From: Candidatus Gastranaerophilales bacterium
Lineage (GTDB): Bacteria > Cyanobacteriota > Vampirovibrionia > Gastranaerophilales > Gastranaerophilaceae
Reading direction: 5' to 3'
Assembly (NCBI GenBank): GCA_947624265.1
Contig: CANQJQ010000001.1
Span: forward strand, 1 to 56,238
Length of the DNA stretch: 56,238 bases
The notes under the pieces were generated by a model. That model saw nothing but the letters and a program-made list of their open reading frames with translations. It did not search any database and was not told the origin of the DNA. The first letter of the stretch is position 1, and each line of letters begins with the position of its first letter. Below, in pieces: positions 30,240 to 40,281 of this stretch. The position numbers and the translations under genes are program-made.

Positions 30240-31301
30240 ATGTCATTTTTTCAATTAAATATTATCGGAGCTGTAATAGCATTTATTTTAGGACTTTTCT
30301 TGGTGCCCTTGGTTATTGCATTTTCCGAAAAAAACGGATTATTGGATGAACCTAACGAACGAAAAATCCATTCTCACCCGATTCCGAGGCTTGGAGGAAT
30401 CGCAATTTGGGTAAGTTCAATTCTAGCCTTTTTGTCTATAATAATGTTAAGCTATTATCCGCACAGGTCTTTATTATCTGGTCTTTTTTTGGGCAGTTCT
30501 TTAATATTTCTGCTCGGACTGATTGATGATATATACGGTCTTGAAGCCAAATTTAAATTTACAATTCAAATAACAATAGCATCTATTGTATTTTTCCTGG
30601 GGGTTAAGATAACTTCAATATTTATTCCGTTTATAGGTTTAGTTGATTTACATCCTATATTATCCTTCTTTGGAACAATTGCTTGGATTGTCGGAATCAG
30701 CAATGCGGTTAACTTTATAGATGGTGTAGACGGGTTAGCGGGAAGCGTTATAACAGTAAGCTCTGTTACCTTAGCTCTCATAGCCGTTGCACCTTCGGAC
30801 TTTGTAAGTTCTTTAATTGCTTTCATATTAGCAGGCTCTATGCTCGGATTTTTAACTTACAATTTCCATCCGGCAAAGATATTTATGGGGGACTCAGGAG
30901 CATTATTCGGCGGATTTTTACTTGCTACTTTATCTATAATGTATCAGATGAAAACTCCCGATATAAAAATGTATGTTCCTTTATTAATACTTGCAGTCCC
31001 TATTTTAGACATTACTTTTTCTTCTTTAAGGAGAATATTAAAAGGGACATCACCTTTTGTTGCGGATTCGGAGCATATTCATCATAAGCTTTTACATTTC
31101 GGTTTCTCTCAAAATAAAGCCGTTCTTATTCTGGTAATATTTTCAATATTAATGGGCGGACTGGGTACATATATAGCAGCATCTGACACTACTAAATATT
31201 TTTTATTTGCCATAATTATCTCATCTGTTATGATAATATTAAACAGACTTGCAAAAACAGGTGAAGGAAAAGAAATCAATGACGGTAAAGAAAATAGTTA
31301 A
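30240..31301 (+). CDS. polyprenyl-phosphate GlcNAc-1-phosphate transferase (WecA/TagO-like, MraY superfamily)
   Basis: ERKIHSHPIPRLGGIAI, GLIDDIYGL, NAVNFIDGVDGLAG and IFMGDSGALFGG. Confidence 0.8.
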   Translation: MSFFQLNIIGAVIAFILGLFLVPLVIAFSEKNGLLDEPNERKIHSHPIPRLGGIAIWVSSILAFLSIIMLSYYPHRSLLSGLFLGSSLIFLLGLIDDIYGLEAKFKFTIQITIASIVFFLGVKITSIFIPFIGLVDLHPILSFFGTIAWIVGISNAVNFIDGVDGLAGSVITVSSVTLALIAVAPSDFVSSLIAFILAGSMLGFLTYNFHPAKIFMGDSGALFGGFLLATLSIMYQMKTPDIKMYVPLLILAVPILDITFSSLRRILKGTSPFVADSEHIHHKLLHFGFSQNKAVLILVIFSILMGGLGTYIAASDTTKYFLFAIIISSVMIILNRLAKTGEGKEINDGKENS

Positions 31302-31863
31302 ATACGGCACTCCTTCTTTAAGAGAAAAATCAAAAGAGGTTCATAAAATATCAAAAAAAATACAAATACTGGTGGAGGATTTGTATGATACTTTGTATGC
31401 CTTAAACGGAGTAGGACTTGCCGCTCCTCAAATCGGTGAGAATTTGAGAGTGTTTGTTATTGATGTAGGTACAGACTCTAAAACAATGAATCCGATTACT
31501 TTTATTAACCCTAAAATATTAAAAAAAGAAGGCGCAATAAATTCTTACGAAGGTTGTTTAAGTTTCCCCGATGCTTATACAAACGTAAGAAGGTATAAAT
31601 ATGTAAAAGTCAAAGCTTTGGATATTAAAGGCAGACCTTTTATACTTGAGGCAAAAGACGGTTCGCTTTTGGCAAGAGCAATCCAGCATGAGTTTGACCA
31701 CTTAGACGGAATACTATTTATAGATCATTGCCGCAATCGTTTTGAAGCGGATAAAATTTTAACCGAAAAAGGCTTAAACCCTGTTGATGCTAACTATTTG
31801 CTTGATGAAGGAGAATTGGAAGAAGAAATTTTAAAAAATCCCCCGCAGGAGGAAAAAGCTTGA
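31279..31863 (+). CDS. def: peptide deformylase
   Basis: GVGLAAPQIG, EGCLSFP and QHEFDHLDG. I prefer the ATG at 31279 (MTVKKIVKYG) over the TTG at 31249. Confidence 0.93.
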   Translation: MTVKKIVKYGTPSLREKSKEVHKISKKIQILVEDLYDTLYALNGVGLAAPQIGENLRVFVIDVGTDSKTMNPITFINPKILKKEGAINSYEGCLSFPDAYTNVRRYKYVKVKALDIKGRPFILEAKDGSLLARAIQHEFDHLDGILFIDHCRNRFEADKILTEKGLNPVDANYLLDEGELEEEILKNPPQEEKA

Positions 31864-32801
31864 TAAAAGTTATATATATGGCAACTCCTGAAATTGCCGT
31901 TAAAACTCTTGAAGAACTTTATAATAATAAAGAAATAAAGCTTATAGCCGTTGTTACACAACCTGACAGACCAAAAGGCAGAGGGAATAAATTAACGCCT
32001 CCGCCCGTAAAGGATTTTGCATTAAATCATAATATAGAGTGCTTTCAAACGGAGAAAATAAGTAAAGATATTGATTTAATTGCAAAATTAAAAAGTTTAA
32101 AGCCCGATTTTTTTGTTACTTTTGCTTTCGGGCAAATACTATCTCAAGAGGTGCTTGATATTCCTAAGATAGCAACAGTAAATCTTCATGCTTCATTGCT
32201 ACCCAAATACAGAGGCGCTAACCCCATTCAAAGATGTATTTATAACGGGGATACTAAAACAGGTATAACCACAATGCTTACCGTACTTGAACTTGATGCC
32301 GGAGACATTTGTGAGACTCAAGAAATTGATATAACTGAAGACATGACAGATATTGAACTAAAAGAAATAATTGCGGATAAATCACCAAAGTTAGTTTGTT
32401 CCACATTAAAAGGACTGTTTTCAAAAACTTTAACTCCCAAAAAACAAGATTCAAAAGGTGTTACAATAGCACAGAAATTTGTTAAGCAAGACGGTTTAAT
32501 AAATTGGGATAATTCCGCAATAAATATCCATAATCAGGTGCGCTCTATGTTGGACTTCCCTTGTGCATACACATTTTTCAACGGTAAAATAGTAAAAATT
32601 ATACAAACAAAACTAATAAATAAAAAAACATCAGGAGAAGAAGGCGAGATTACCTGTATATCAAAAGAAGGAATTGAAGCCTGCTGTAAAGACGAATGTA
32701 TATTAATAACAAAAGTTAAACCCGAAAGCAAAGGAGTAATGAGTGCTTTTGACTTTGCTAACGGATTAAGACTAAAACCGAAAATGAAGTTTGGAGAATA
32801 A
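31860..32801 (+). CDS. fmt: methionyl-tRNA formyltransferase
   Basis: IKVIYMATPEIAV...NLHASLLPKYRGANPIQ, adjacent to def. TTG start. Confidence 0.92.
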   Translation: MIKVIYMATPEIAVKTLEELYNNKEIKLIAVVTQPDRPKGRGNKLTPPPVKDFALNHNIECFQTEKISKDIDLIAKLKSLKPDFFVTFAFGQILSQEVLDIPKIATVNLHASLLPKYRGANPIQRCIYNGDTKTGITTMLTVLELDAGDICETQEIDITEDMTDIELKEIIADKSPKLVCSTLKGLFSKTLTPKKQDSKGVTIAQKFVKQDGLINWDNSAINIHNQVRSMLDFPCAYTFFNGKIVKIIQTKLINKKTSGEEGEITCISKEGIEACCKDECILITKVKPESKGVMSAFDFANGLRLKPKMKFGE

Positions 32802-32802
32802 A

Positions 32803-33171
32803 ATGTTTCAAAGAGGTATAAGAGGTGCAATTACGGTCAATTCTAATTGCGAAGAAGACATTAAGTCCGCAACTATTGACCTTATCAAAGAAATAAAATC
32901 ACAAAATTGTTTTAAAGAAGAAGATATATCCCATGTTATATTTACAATGACTGAGGATTTAAACTGTATGTATCCTGCTAAAGCGCTGCGCGAAGCATTC
33001 CCCGATTGGAAATATGTTCCGATGGTTTGTTTTAACGAAATGAAGATAGAAAAATCGTTAGAAAAATGTTTAAGAATTTTAATAGTTATAAATACCGAAC
33101 TTGCCCAAAATGAAATTAATCATATATATTTAAAAGGCGCATCAATATTAAGAAAAGATTTAAAAAAATAA
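32803..33171 (+). CDS. aroH: chorismate mutase, AroH class
   Basis: MFQRGIRGAITV...FPAKALRE...YVPMVCFNEM, collinear with B. subtilis AroH as I recall it. Confidence 0.85.
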   Translation: MFQRGIRGAITVNSNCEEDIKSATIDLIKEIKSQNCFKEEDISHVIFTMTEDLNCMYPAKALREAFPDWKYVPMVCFNEMKIEKSLEKCLRILIVINTELAQNEINHIYLKGASILRKDLKK

Positions 33172-34331
33172 TGAAAATATTAATCACTGGTTCAAATTTA
33201 AATGCATTATTAACTGCACAATATATTAAAACTCAAAACCCCGATTTTGATATTTATGTTACGACAAATAATGAACAAAAAAATGAAACTTATACCCCCG
33301 TTAATATTGAAGAGAATAATATAAACGAACTAAAAAATTTTGTTAAATACAACAATATTGATTTTACGATATCTATGTCAGGATTATCAATAATAAACGG
33401 GATTACGGATGTTTTCAAAAGAGAAAATCTCCCTATATTTTCTCCCGCAAAAGAATCCGCCAGAGTAACTTTTTTTAACAGTATCGCAAAGAAAATAATG
33501 TATAAAAACAAAATAAACACACCCCGTTTCGGTATTTTTGACAGAGAAAATATTGCTTTAGATTACGTTAGAAATATAAATTACCCTATTGATATTTTAA
33601 ATGACTTTACATTAATTGAACGTACCAGAACTAATTGTAAATCATACTCAAAGGCTAAAGAAATTCTGCAAAAAATATACGAAAACAACAATGAGAAAAT
33701 AATTATAGAAAATCATATTGACTCAGACCCAATAAATATTTATTTTATTACAGACGGATTTAATGCACTGCCTTTAGCAATACTGGAAAAAGAAATACGG
33801 AAAGATTATACAGCAATACATTCTCCTTCTGAAAAAATAAGCGAAGAAATTCTTATAAGCATATTACACAACGCTATTTATCCGCTTTTAGATGATATTT
33901 CAAAGTACACGGACAGTTATTCTGGAATTTTGGGTTTAAAAATCAAATTTAGTGAAAATAAATACACGGTGCTTGAATTCTTAAATAACTTTGAGCCTTA
34001 CGATATTCAACCGTTTTTATCTTTACTAAATGAAGATTTTTGTTCAATATTATATGATACGGCAACAGGTGCACTTGCAGATAATTACAATTATATAAAA
34101 TTAGAGGATAAACATTCGTTTACATTGTCCATAAATAAAAATAAACTTAATAATCTCGATTCTATATATGAAGAGGACGATTTCTTTATTAGTGATGATA
34201 AAGAAAATATAATAATTACCGGCACCGCTTTAACTTTTAATTCGGCAAAAAACAAAGTATTAAACTTAATAAAACCGATATGCGGCAACGAAATATATCA
34301 AAAAATAGCAAAAGAGGAAATTAAAGTTTGA
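33171..34331 (+). CDS. degenerate PurD-like (phosphoribosylamine-glycine ligase fold) protein, probably non-catalytic
   Basis: Collinear with E. coli PurD from memory: [24 protein letters not shown] vs [58 protein letters not shown] vs [50 protein letters not shown] vs VIEFNCRFGDPETQP. The GGREHA, AAGKG and GGMG motifs are lost. Confidence 0.6.
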   Translation: [386 protein letters not shown]

Positions 34332-34594
34332 AGCAAGAGAGAAAATTTTTAAGACAATGTGCGCTTTGTAAGGCATATAAAGAAAAAAAAGATTTAATAA
34401 GAATTACAAAAGATTTTAAAACGGGGATAATAAAAATTAATGATAATTCGGAGGTTAAAGGACGTTCAATATACTTATGTAACAATGAAACATGCCTTGA
34501 AAATGCCTTAAAAAAGAAGAAAATTGAAGCATCTTTAAAAACTAAACTAACCGAAAATATAAAAAATGAGCTATATACTGTACTTAAAAAGTAA
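34328..34594 (+). CDS. ylxR: YlxR/RnpM (DUF448) RNA-binding protein
   Basis: RQCALCKAYKEKKDLIRI...GRSIYLC, in the position immediately upstream of infB. The TTG start overlaps the preceding TGA stop. Confidence 0.8.
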   Translation: MKQERKFLRQCALCKAYKEKKDLIRITKDFKTGIIKINDNSEVKGRSIYLCNNETCLENALKKKKIEASLKTKLTENIKNELYTVLKK

Positions 34595-34639
34595 ATTGTG
34601 TTACAACTATATTATGGTTGTTTTAAATAGGTAAATATA

Positions 34640-37264
34640 ATGGCTGATAATAAGAGAGTATACGAATTAGCTAAAGAATACGGAATGACAAATAAAGATT
34701 TTATAGAATATCTGGACACTAAACTGGATATAAAAGTAAAATCACATTCAAGTAATTTGTCTCCGTCTCAAATAGATAAAATAAATGCATCTTTTTCAAA
34801 AAATAAAGGAGAAGAAGGTGCAAAAAAGCCTAAAGCATTTGTTATTAAGAAGGCAAAACCTGCTTCCGAAGACAAACAGGAAGCAACTGAAAAGAAAGAG
34901 CTTCATATATCTTCTTCCACAAAAAAACAACATGTAAAAGAACCCGTAATAAATGAAAAAACTGAACAGAATAAAGAAGAAGCAAAGCAGGAAGTTCCTC
35001 AAATCAGGTCATTATTGGAATACAATAACCGTAACAGCCAAAAAAGACGTCAGGAAATGATGTCCAGACAGAAAGACGAAGAAAAAAATAACCAAAGAAA
35101 AGAAGGATTAAAACCTCAGGCAAAATTTCCTCCGAGAAATCAAGGAGAAAGACCTTTTAAATCAGACAGACCCGACAGACGTCCTCCTTTTGACAGAAAT
35201 AAACCTGAAGACAGAAAGCCTGAAGGCGTAAAGCAAGAACGTAATGACCGTCCTTCGATGCCCAAAAAACCATTGCAGCATCACATAATTTCTCCTGAAA
35301 TATATGACGGAAAATCTCCTAATAATGCGCCATATAAGAAAAAAAGTCCGAAAGAAAAGAAAAAGCAATATAAAAATAAAGAAGAAGAACAAGAATTAAT
35401 AAGTCTTGAAAAAACGATTTCTCAAAAACATAAAAAGAAATCAAAAGATGAAAATGAACAGGAAACCGTAAAACAAGTTGTAATTAATCAGGCAATAACG
35501 GTAGGTGAACTGGCTGAGAAAATTAAAAAATCACCCGCGGATATTGTTAAGTTTTTAATGATGCAAGGAATTCTATCAACCGTTAATGAGGTCATTTCAA
35601 TAGAAACTCAAAAACAAATATGCGCTAATTTTGAGCTGGAAGTTTTGGATGAGGATTTAAATGAATACGTTGAACAAGAGCTTGAAAAAGAGGCAAAAGA
35701 AAATGCAATAAAAAATGTTGATGAGTCTTTACTTGAAACAAGAGCGCCCGTAATAAGTATTATGGGGCATGTTGACCACGGGAAAACAACTCTTCTTGAC
35801 TCAATAAGAGCTTCAAAACACAAAATTGTAGCAACTGAAGTTGGCGGAATAACTCAATCAATAGGTGCCTATACCGTTTATCTTGAAGATAATAAAAATA
35901 AAAAAATAGTATTTATAGATACTCCGGGGCACGAAGCTTTTACCGAAATGAGAGCAAGAGGGGCAAAGGCAACTGATATTGCGATACTTGTTGTAGCGGC
36001 TGATGATGGCATAATGCCTCAAACAATTGAAGCAATTAACCATGCAAGAGCTGCAGAAGTTCCCATTATTGTTGCCGTAAATAAGATAGATAAACCATCT
36101 GCCGACCCCGATAAAATAATGCAGCAATTGACTGAATACGGACTAGTTCCCGAAGAATGGGGCGGAGATACAATTTGTGTAAAGGTCAGTGCGCTTCAAG
36201 GTAAAGGTATTGATGAACTTTTAGAATATATCCTGCTTGTTGCCGAGGTTCAAAATCTAAAAGCTAATAAATCTGCTCTTGCTTCAGGTGTTATTATTGA
36301 AGCAAAACTTGATAAAGGAAAAGGTCCCGTTGCGACACTTCTGGTTCAAAATGGGACATTACATACGGGAGATTGCTTTGTAGTAGGCAGCGTATGCGGA
36401 AAAGTAAGAGCTTTATTATCGGATTCGGGAGAAAGAATTAAAGAAGCAGGCCCATCCACCCCCGTTGAGATTTTAGGTTTAACGGAAGTTCCTCAAGCCG
36501 GAGACATGTTTGAAGCTGTTGAAAATGAAAAAGTTATGAGAACTATCTGGCAGGAAAGAAAAGAAAAAGAAAGAAGTTCTAAACTTGACAGCATGAAGCC
36601 CGCTCATATCAGAAACGAACAAGTAGGAAACGGTGAAGACAATATTAAACACTTAAACTTAATTATAAAAGCAAATACCCATGGTGCTGCAGAAGCCGTT
36701 TCTCAAGGAGTTTCTCAGCTTGAATCCGAAGAAATCATTACCAAAATTGTTCACGTTGGCGTAGGCGATATATCAGAGGCTGATGTAATGCTTGCAAGTG
36801 CAAGTAACGCCATAATTTTAGGCTTCACGGTTAAAGAAGATGCAAACGCACAAGCTGCAGCTGAAAAACAAGGCGTAACCATTAAAAAATACAATATAAT
36901 ATATCAGGTACTTGAAGACCTTGAAAAAACCATGTTAAGTCTTTTACAGCCTGAAGTCAAAGAAATTGTATTAGGTCAGGCTGAAGTAAGACAGGTATTT
37001 ACGGTAGGGAAAACCACAAAAATTGCAGGCTGTTATATAACAGAAGGTAAAGTTGTTAGAAATAAAACAGCCAGCGTTCTAAGAGACGGCATAGAAATCT
37101 TTAAAGGTCAAATTGACCAATTAAAGAGATTTAAAGATGATGTTAAAGAAGTAGCACAAGGATTTGAATGCGGTATATCCTTTGATAAATTTAATGATAT
37201 TAAAGAAGGAGATATCATTAAAGTTACAACAACCGAAGAAATTGAAAGACAAGTATTAGTATAG
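34640..37264 (+). CDS. infB: translation initiation factor IF-2
   Basis: Lys/Glu/Arg/Pro-rich N-terminal region, then the G domain [14 protein letters not shown]...DTPGHEAF...NKID. Confidence 0.97.
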   Translation: MADNKRVYELAKEYGMTNKDFIEYLDTKLDIKVKSHSSNLSPSQIDKINASFSKNKGEEGAKKPKAFVIKKAKPASEDKQEATEKKELHISSSTKKQHVKEPVINEKTEQNKEEAKQEVPQIRSLLEYNNRNSQKRRQEMMSRQKDEEKNNQRKEGLKPQAKFPPRNQGERPFKSDRPDRRPPFDRNKPEDRKPEGVKQERNDRPSMPKKPLQHHIISPEIYDGKSPNNAPYKKKSPKEKKKQYKNKEEEQELISLEKTISQKHKKKSKDENEQETVKQVVINQAITVGELAEKIKKSPADIVKFLMMQGILSTVNEVISIETQKQICANFELEVLDEDLNEYVEQELEKEAKENAIKNVDESLLETRAPVISIMGHVDHGKTTLLDSIRASKHKIVATEVGGITQSIGAYTVYLEDNKNKKIVFIDTPGHEAFTEMRARGAKATDIAILVVAADDGIMPQTIEAINHARAAEVPIIVAVNKIDKPSADPDKIMQQLTEYGLVPEEWGGDTICVKVSALQGKGIDELLEYILLVAEVQNLKANKSALASGVIIEAKLDKGKGPVATLLVQNGTLHTGDCFVVGSVCGKVRALLSDSGERIKEAGPSTPVEILGLTEVPQAGDMFEAVENEKVMRTIWQERKEKERSSKLDSMKPAHIRNEQVGNGEDNIKHLNLIIKANTHGAAEAVSQGVSQLESEEIITKIVHVGVGDISEADVMLASASNAIILGFTVKEDANAQAAAEKQGVTIKKYNIIYQVLEDLEKTMLSLLQPEVKEIVLGQAEVRQVFTVGKTTKIAGCYITEGKVVRNKTASVLRDGIEIFKGQIDQLKRFKDDVKEVAQGFECGISFDKFNDIKEGDIIKVTTTEEIERQVLV

Positions 37265-37274
37265 GTAAGGTAAT

Positions 37275-37625
37275 ATGTCTTTAAGAAATGAACGTGTCAG
37301 AAAAACCTTGATGAAGGAAATAGCTGATATTATTCAAAAGGAATTAAAAGATTCCAGAATACATGGTGTTGTTTCTATTACAGATATTGAAATATCACAC
37401 GATAATTCTTATGCAAAAGTATATTATTCAGTTTTTGCATCAGAAGAAGAGAAAAAAACAACCATACAAGCTATAACGGATAATACGTCAAAAATCAGAT
37501 ACGAGGTGGGAAAACGTATACGATTAAGACTAACTCCCGAGTTAAGATTTATTCCCGATGATTCTCTTGAACGCGGTTCAAATGTAACCGAAATAATAAA
37601 CAAAATTTCACGAGGCGAGATTTAA
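37275..37625 (+). CDS. rbfA: ribosome-binding factor A
   Basis: 116 aa with ITDIEISHDNSYAKVYYS and a position after infB. Confidence 0.9.
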   Translation: MSLRNERVRKTLMKEIADIIQKELKDSRIHGVVSITDIEISHDNSYAKVYYSVFASEEEKKTTIQAITDNTSKIRYEVGKRIRLRLTPELRFIPDDSLERGSNVTEIINKISRGEI

Positions 37626-37630
37626 ATTTC

Positions 37631-38488
37631 ATGTTCGGGTTTTTAAATATTAATAAACCCTCAGGTATAACTTCACATAAAGTTATATCAATTTTGCGCA
37701 AAATAACGGGAATAAAACAAATCGGGCATGCCGGAACTTTAGATCCTTTAGCGCAAGGTGTCCTGCCTATTGCTATCGGAAAAGCCTCAAGACTTATTGA
37801 TTATATGGAAGAAGATAAATGTTACCGTGTTACTTTAAATTTGGGGGTCATTTCCGACACTTATGATATTGAAGGCAAGATTGAAAAATTAAACTCCAAC
37901 AAGGCTGATTTAGAAGAAATTAAAAAAGTTTTATTAAATTTTCAAGGCAGACAAAAACAAATTCCGCCTGCATATTCTGCGATTCATTATAACGGCAAAA
38001 GATTGTATGAACTTGCAAGAGAAGGTAATATCCCCGAGGATATCCCCTCAAGAGAAATAACAATATATGAAAATAAATTATTAAATTTTGATTATGAAAA
38101 TCAAATACTTAAACTTGAGATATCCTGCTCAAAAGGTACTTATATTCGGTCAATAGTTAATGATATAGGAAACCAATTAAAAACAGGTGCGATTATGTCT
38201 AAACTTATAAGAACAAAATCTTCCGGCATGTTTTTATCTGATGCGCTCAATTTATCCGATACATTAATAAAAGAAGATATAGAAAAGCATCTTATCAATC
38301 CTGTTAATATTTTACCTTTATTTCATACAAATATTACGGAAGAAGCGTACAAAAAAGTCTTAAACGGTAATAAATATGAAAATAAAACACAACATACAGG
38401 CGAAGGTCTTTTGTGTTATAACGATAAAGTAATAGCAATCGCGGAATTTCAAAAAGAATATATTCAACCAAAGAAGGTTTTACTATGA
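37631..38488 (+). CDS. truB: tRNA pseudouridine(55) synthase
   Basis: GFLNINKPSGITSH...GHAGTLDPLAQGVLP. Confidence 0.93.
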   Translation: MFGFLNINKPSGITSHKVISILRKITGIKQIGHAGTLDPLAQGVLPIAIGKASRLIDYMEEDKCYRVTLNLGVISDTYDIEGKIEKLNSNKADLEEIKKVLLNFQGRQKQIPPAYSAIHYNGKRLYELAREGNIPEDIPSREITIYENKLLNFDYENQILKLEISCSKGTYIRSIVNDIGNQLKTGAIMSKLIRTKSSGMFLSDALNLSDTLIKEDIEKHLINPVNILPLFHTNITEEAYKKVLNGNKYENKTQHTGEGLLCYNDKVIAIAEFQKEYIQPKKVLL

Positions 38489-39321
38489 AAAAGATTTTGT
38501 TTATTTATATTTTATTTTTTCTGCTTGCACCCAAAGCCGTTTGCTGCGATACAATTTGTACCGAAAAATCCATATTAAGCAATAATCAGGAGAGTGTTTT
38601 ATTCAATATTTCAGGTATAAACTTTATCTCAAAAAAAGTTATTGAAATAATCATTCAAAATGAACTAAAAGAAGCTTTGAACTCAGATATAAAAGCAGAT
38701 TTAGATATTTTTAATATAAAAAGCATGAAAAATGGAGAGTTTAAATCGCTTGAATTAAAAAGTCCGAATATAAAATACAGAGCCTTAAGTTTATCAGACT
38801 TTTATGCAAAAACAATCTGTGATTATAATAAAGTCATCTATATAAACAATAAACTAAAATACCCAACGGATATTCCGTTTAATTTTACGGCAAAAATAAC
38901 AAATCAGGATTTACAAAACATAATAGCTTCAGAAGAATTTCAAAAAGAGCTTAAGCGTAATGATAAAGATTTATTTCAGATTAAATCGCCGTCAGTTGAA
39001 ATACAAGAAGGTAAAATCCGATTTATAATCCCGATAAAAACCATGCTCGGAACAATCAAAATAAAATATAAGGCATCTATTTTTATTGAAGACAATAAAA
39101 TAGTTTTAACAAATTCCACATATAACTCAAAAAGTAATATAATTAGTGATAGCATGCTTAATGAACTCATCCAAAAATATAATCCGATGGAGTATCTGAC
39201 AAACGCATTAAACGGTAAATATTATAATATATATATTAAAAAAGCAGTTACGGAAGCTGAAGAAATAAACATAGAAGGAATATTTACAATTAATAAGAAT
39301 TACGGCGAGGGAAATGAGTAA
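38485..39321 (+). CDS. exported hypothetical protein
   Basis: Signal peptide MKKILFIYILFFLLAPKAV. Overlaps the truB stop and the next gene. I cannot support a family assignment (the resemblance to DUF2993/LmeA is only vague). Confidence 0.5.
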   Translation: MKKILFIYILFFLLAPKAVCCDTICTEKSILSNNQESVLFNISGINFISKKVIEIIIQNELKEALNSDIKADLDIFNIKSMKNGEFKSLELKSPNIKYRALSLSDFYAKTICDYNKVIYINNKLKYPTDIPFNFTAKITNQDLQNIIASEEFQKELKRNDKDLFQIKSPSVEIQEGKIRFIIPIKTMLGTIKIKYKASIFIEDNKIVLTNSTYNSKSNIISDSMLNELIQKYNPMEYLTNALNGKYYNIYIKKAVTEAEEINIEGIFTINKNYGEGNE

Positions 39322-39946
39322 TTTTGCAAAAATAGTAATAATTATACTTTTGGTGCTATCCTTTTTTTTCATAAAGGAAAAGTGGGGCAGGCAAATAAAC
39401 GATTTTATTTCATCAACATCGTCAATAACAAATTTTGAAATGCCTAAGTTTGAATTTCCGAAAATAAAAAAAGACAAAGAAGAAAAAGTAAAAAAACCGA
39501 CGGAAATAGTAAAACCCGAAGAAAAAGAAACGGTATATGTATACTTTTTAGCTTTAGATTCTGACTCAAACGGCATATATAAAAAGGTGCAAAGAGAAGT
39601 CCCCGCAGGTGAAAACAAGCTGGAGTATGCCATTAAAGAATTATTAAAAGGTCCTAATCTTGTTGAAAAATCAACGGGAGCATATTCAGAAATTCCTAAA
39701 ACAACCCAACTTATTAACATAAAACAAAACGGAAATAAAATAATAATTAATTTCAATTCGGATTTTCAGTACGGCGGAGGCACTGACAGTATTTATTCAA
39801 GGATGATGCAGTTAATAAAAACCTCTTTAGCCAATACAAAAAATAAAAAAATATATTTATATTTAGACGGCAAACAAGCCAATATACTTGGAGGTGAGGG
39901 TATTATGGTAACCCAGCCTTTAAGTGAAAAATCTTTAGAAATTTAA
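39314..39946 (+). CDS. membrane-anchored GerMN-domain protein
   Basis: N-terminal TM helix, then VYVYFLALDSDSNGIYKKVQREVP...LEYAIKELLKGPN...IIINFNSDF, typical of the GerMN domain. Confidence 0.65.
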   Translation: MSNFAKIVIIILLVLSFFFIKEKWGRQINDFISSTSSITNFEMPKFEFPKIKKDKEEKVKKPTEIVKPEEKETVYVYFLALDSDSNGIYKKVQREVPAGENKLEYAIKELLKGPNLVEKSTGAYSEIPKTTQLINIKQNGNKIIINFNSDFQYGGGTDSIYSRMMQLIKTSLANTKNKKIYLYLDGKQANILGGEGIMVTQPLSEKSLEI

Positions 39947-40018
39947 TATAGGAAAATACGTTAGTTTAATTCTTTCCGCTTGTGGCAAAATATAAATGGA
40001 AGGATAAAGGATTAAACT

Positions 40019-40228
40019 ATGAAAAAAAATATTTATTTAAACAAAAGAGAAATTCTAGTATTAAAATTGATTTCTAAAGGAAAAACAAATATCCAAATAG
40101 CGGAGGAAATTCAAGTCAGCGTTCACACAATAAAAGCCAATATCTCAAAGATTTTTTATAAGTTGAATGCAGTTGACAGAACCCAAGCAGTAATAAAAGC
40201 CATAAAAGAAAATCTGATAGATATTTGA
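40019..40228 (+). CDS. stand-alone LuxR/GerE-type HTH transcriptional regulator (69 aa)
   Basis: LNKREILVLKLISKGKTNIQIAEEIQVSVHTIKANISKIFYKLNAVDRTQAV. Confidence 0.85.
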   Translation: MKKNIYLNKREILVLKLISKGKTNIQIAEEIQVSVHTIKANISKIFYKLNAVDRTQAVIKAIKENLIDI

Positions 40229-40281
40229 TTACTGTTTCTTATGTGGTAAAATCTTTTTGTAAACAATTAAGGATTTGTGTT

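Noticed and set aside
34253-34281. CAAAGTAT-N13-ACCGATAT near the 3' end of the PurD-like gene, upstream of ylxR. It resembles the sigma-28 sites.
   Set aside because: The spacer is 13 nt instead of 11. Both elements are degraded at their most conserved positions (C for T in TAAA, A for G in GCCGATA). It also lies inside coding sequence.
33171-34331. Concluding that nusA and rimP are absent from the genome because they are missing upstream of ylxR.
   Set aside because: Only the local arrangement can be seen here. nusA is essential in most bacteria and is probably encoded elsewhere, so only the displacement from the operon is reported.
39208-39756. A 182-aa minus-strand ORF in the track.
   Set aside because: It is antisense to the exported-protein and GerMN genes and is a Phe/Ile/Ser-rich shadow ORF with no RBS context. 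The same reasoning applies to 10520-10960, 28251-28649, 40956-41318, 15451-15681 and the other short antisense ORFs in the track.
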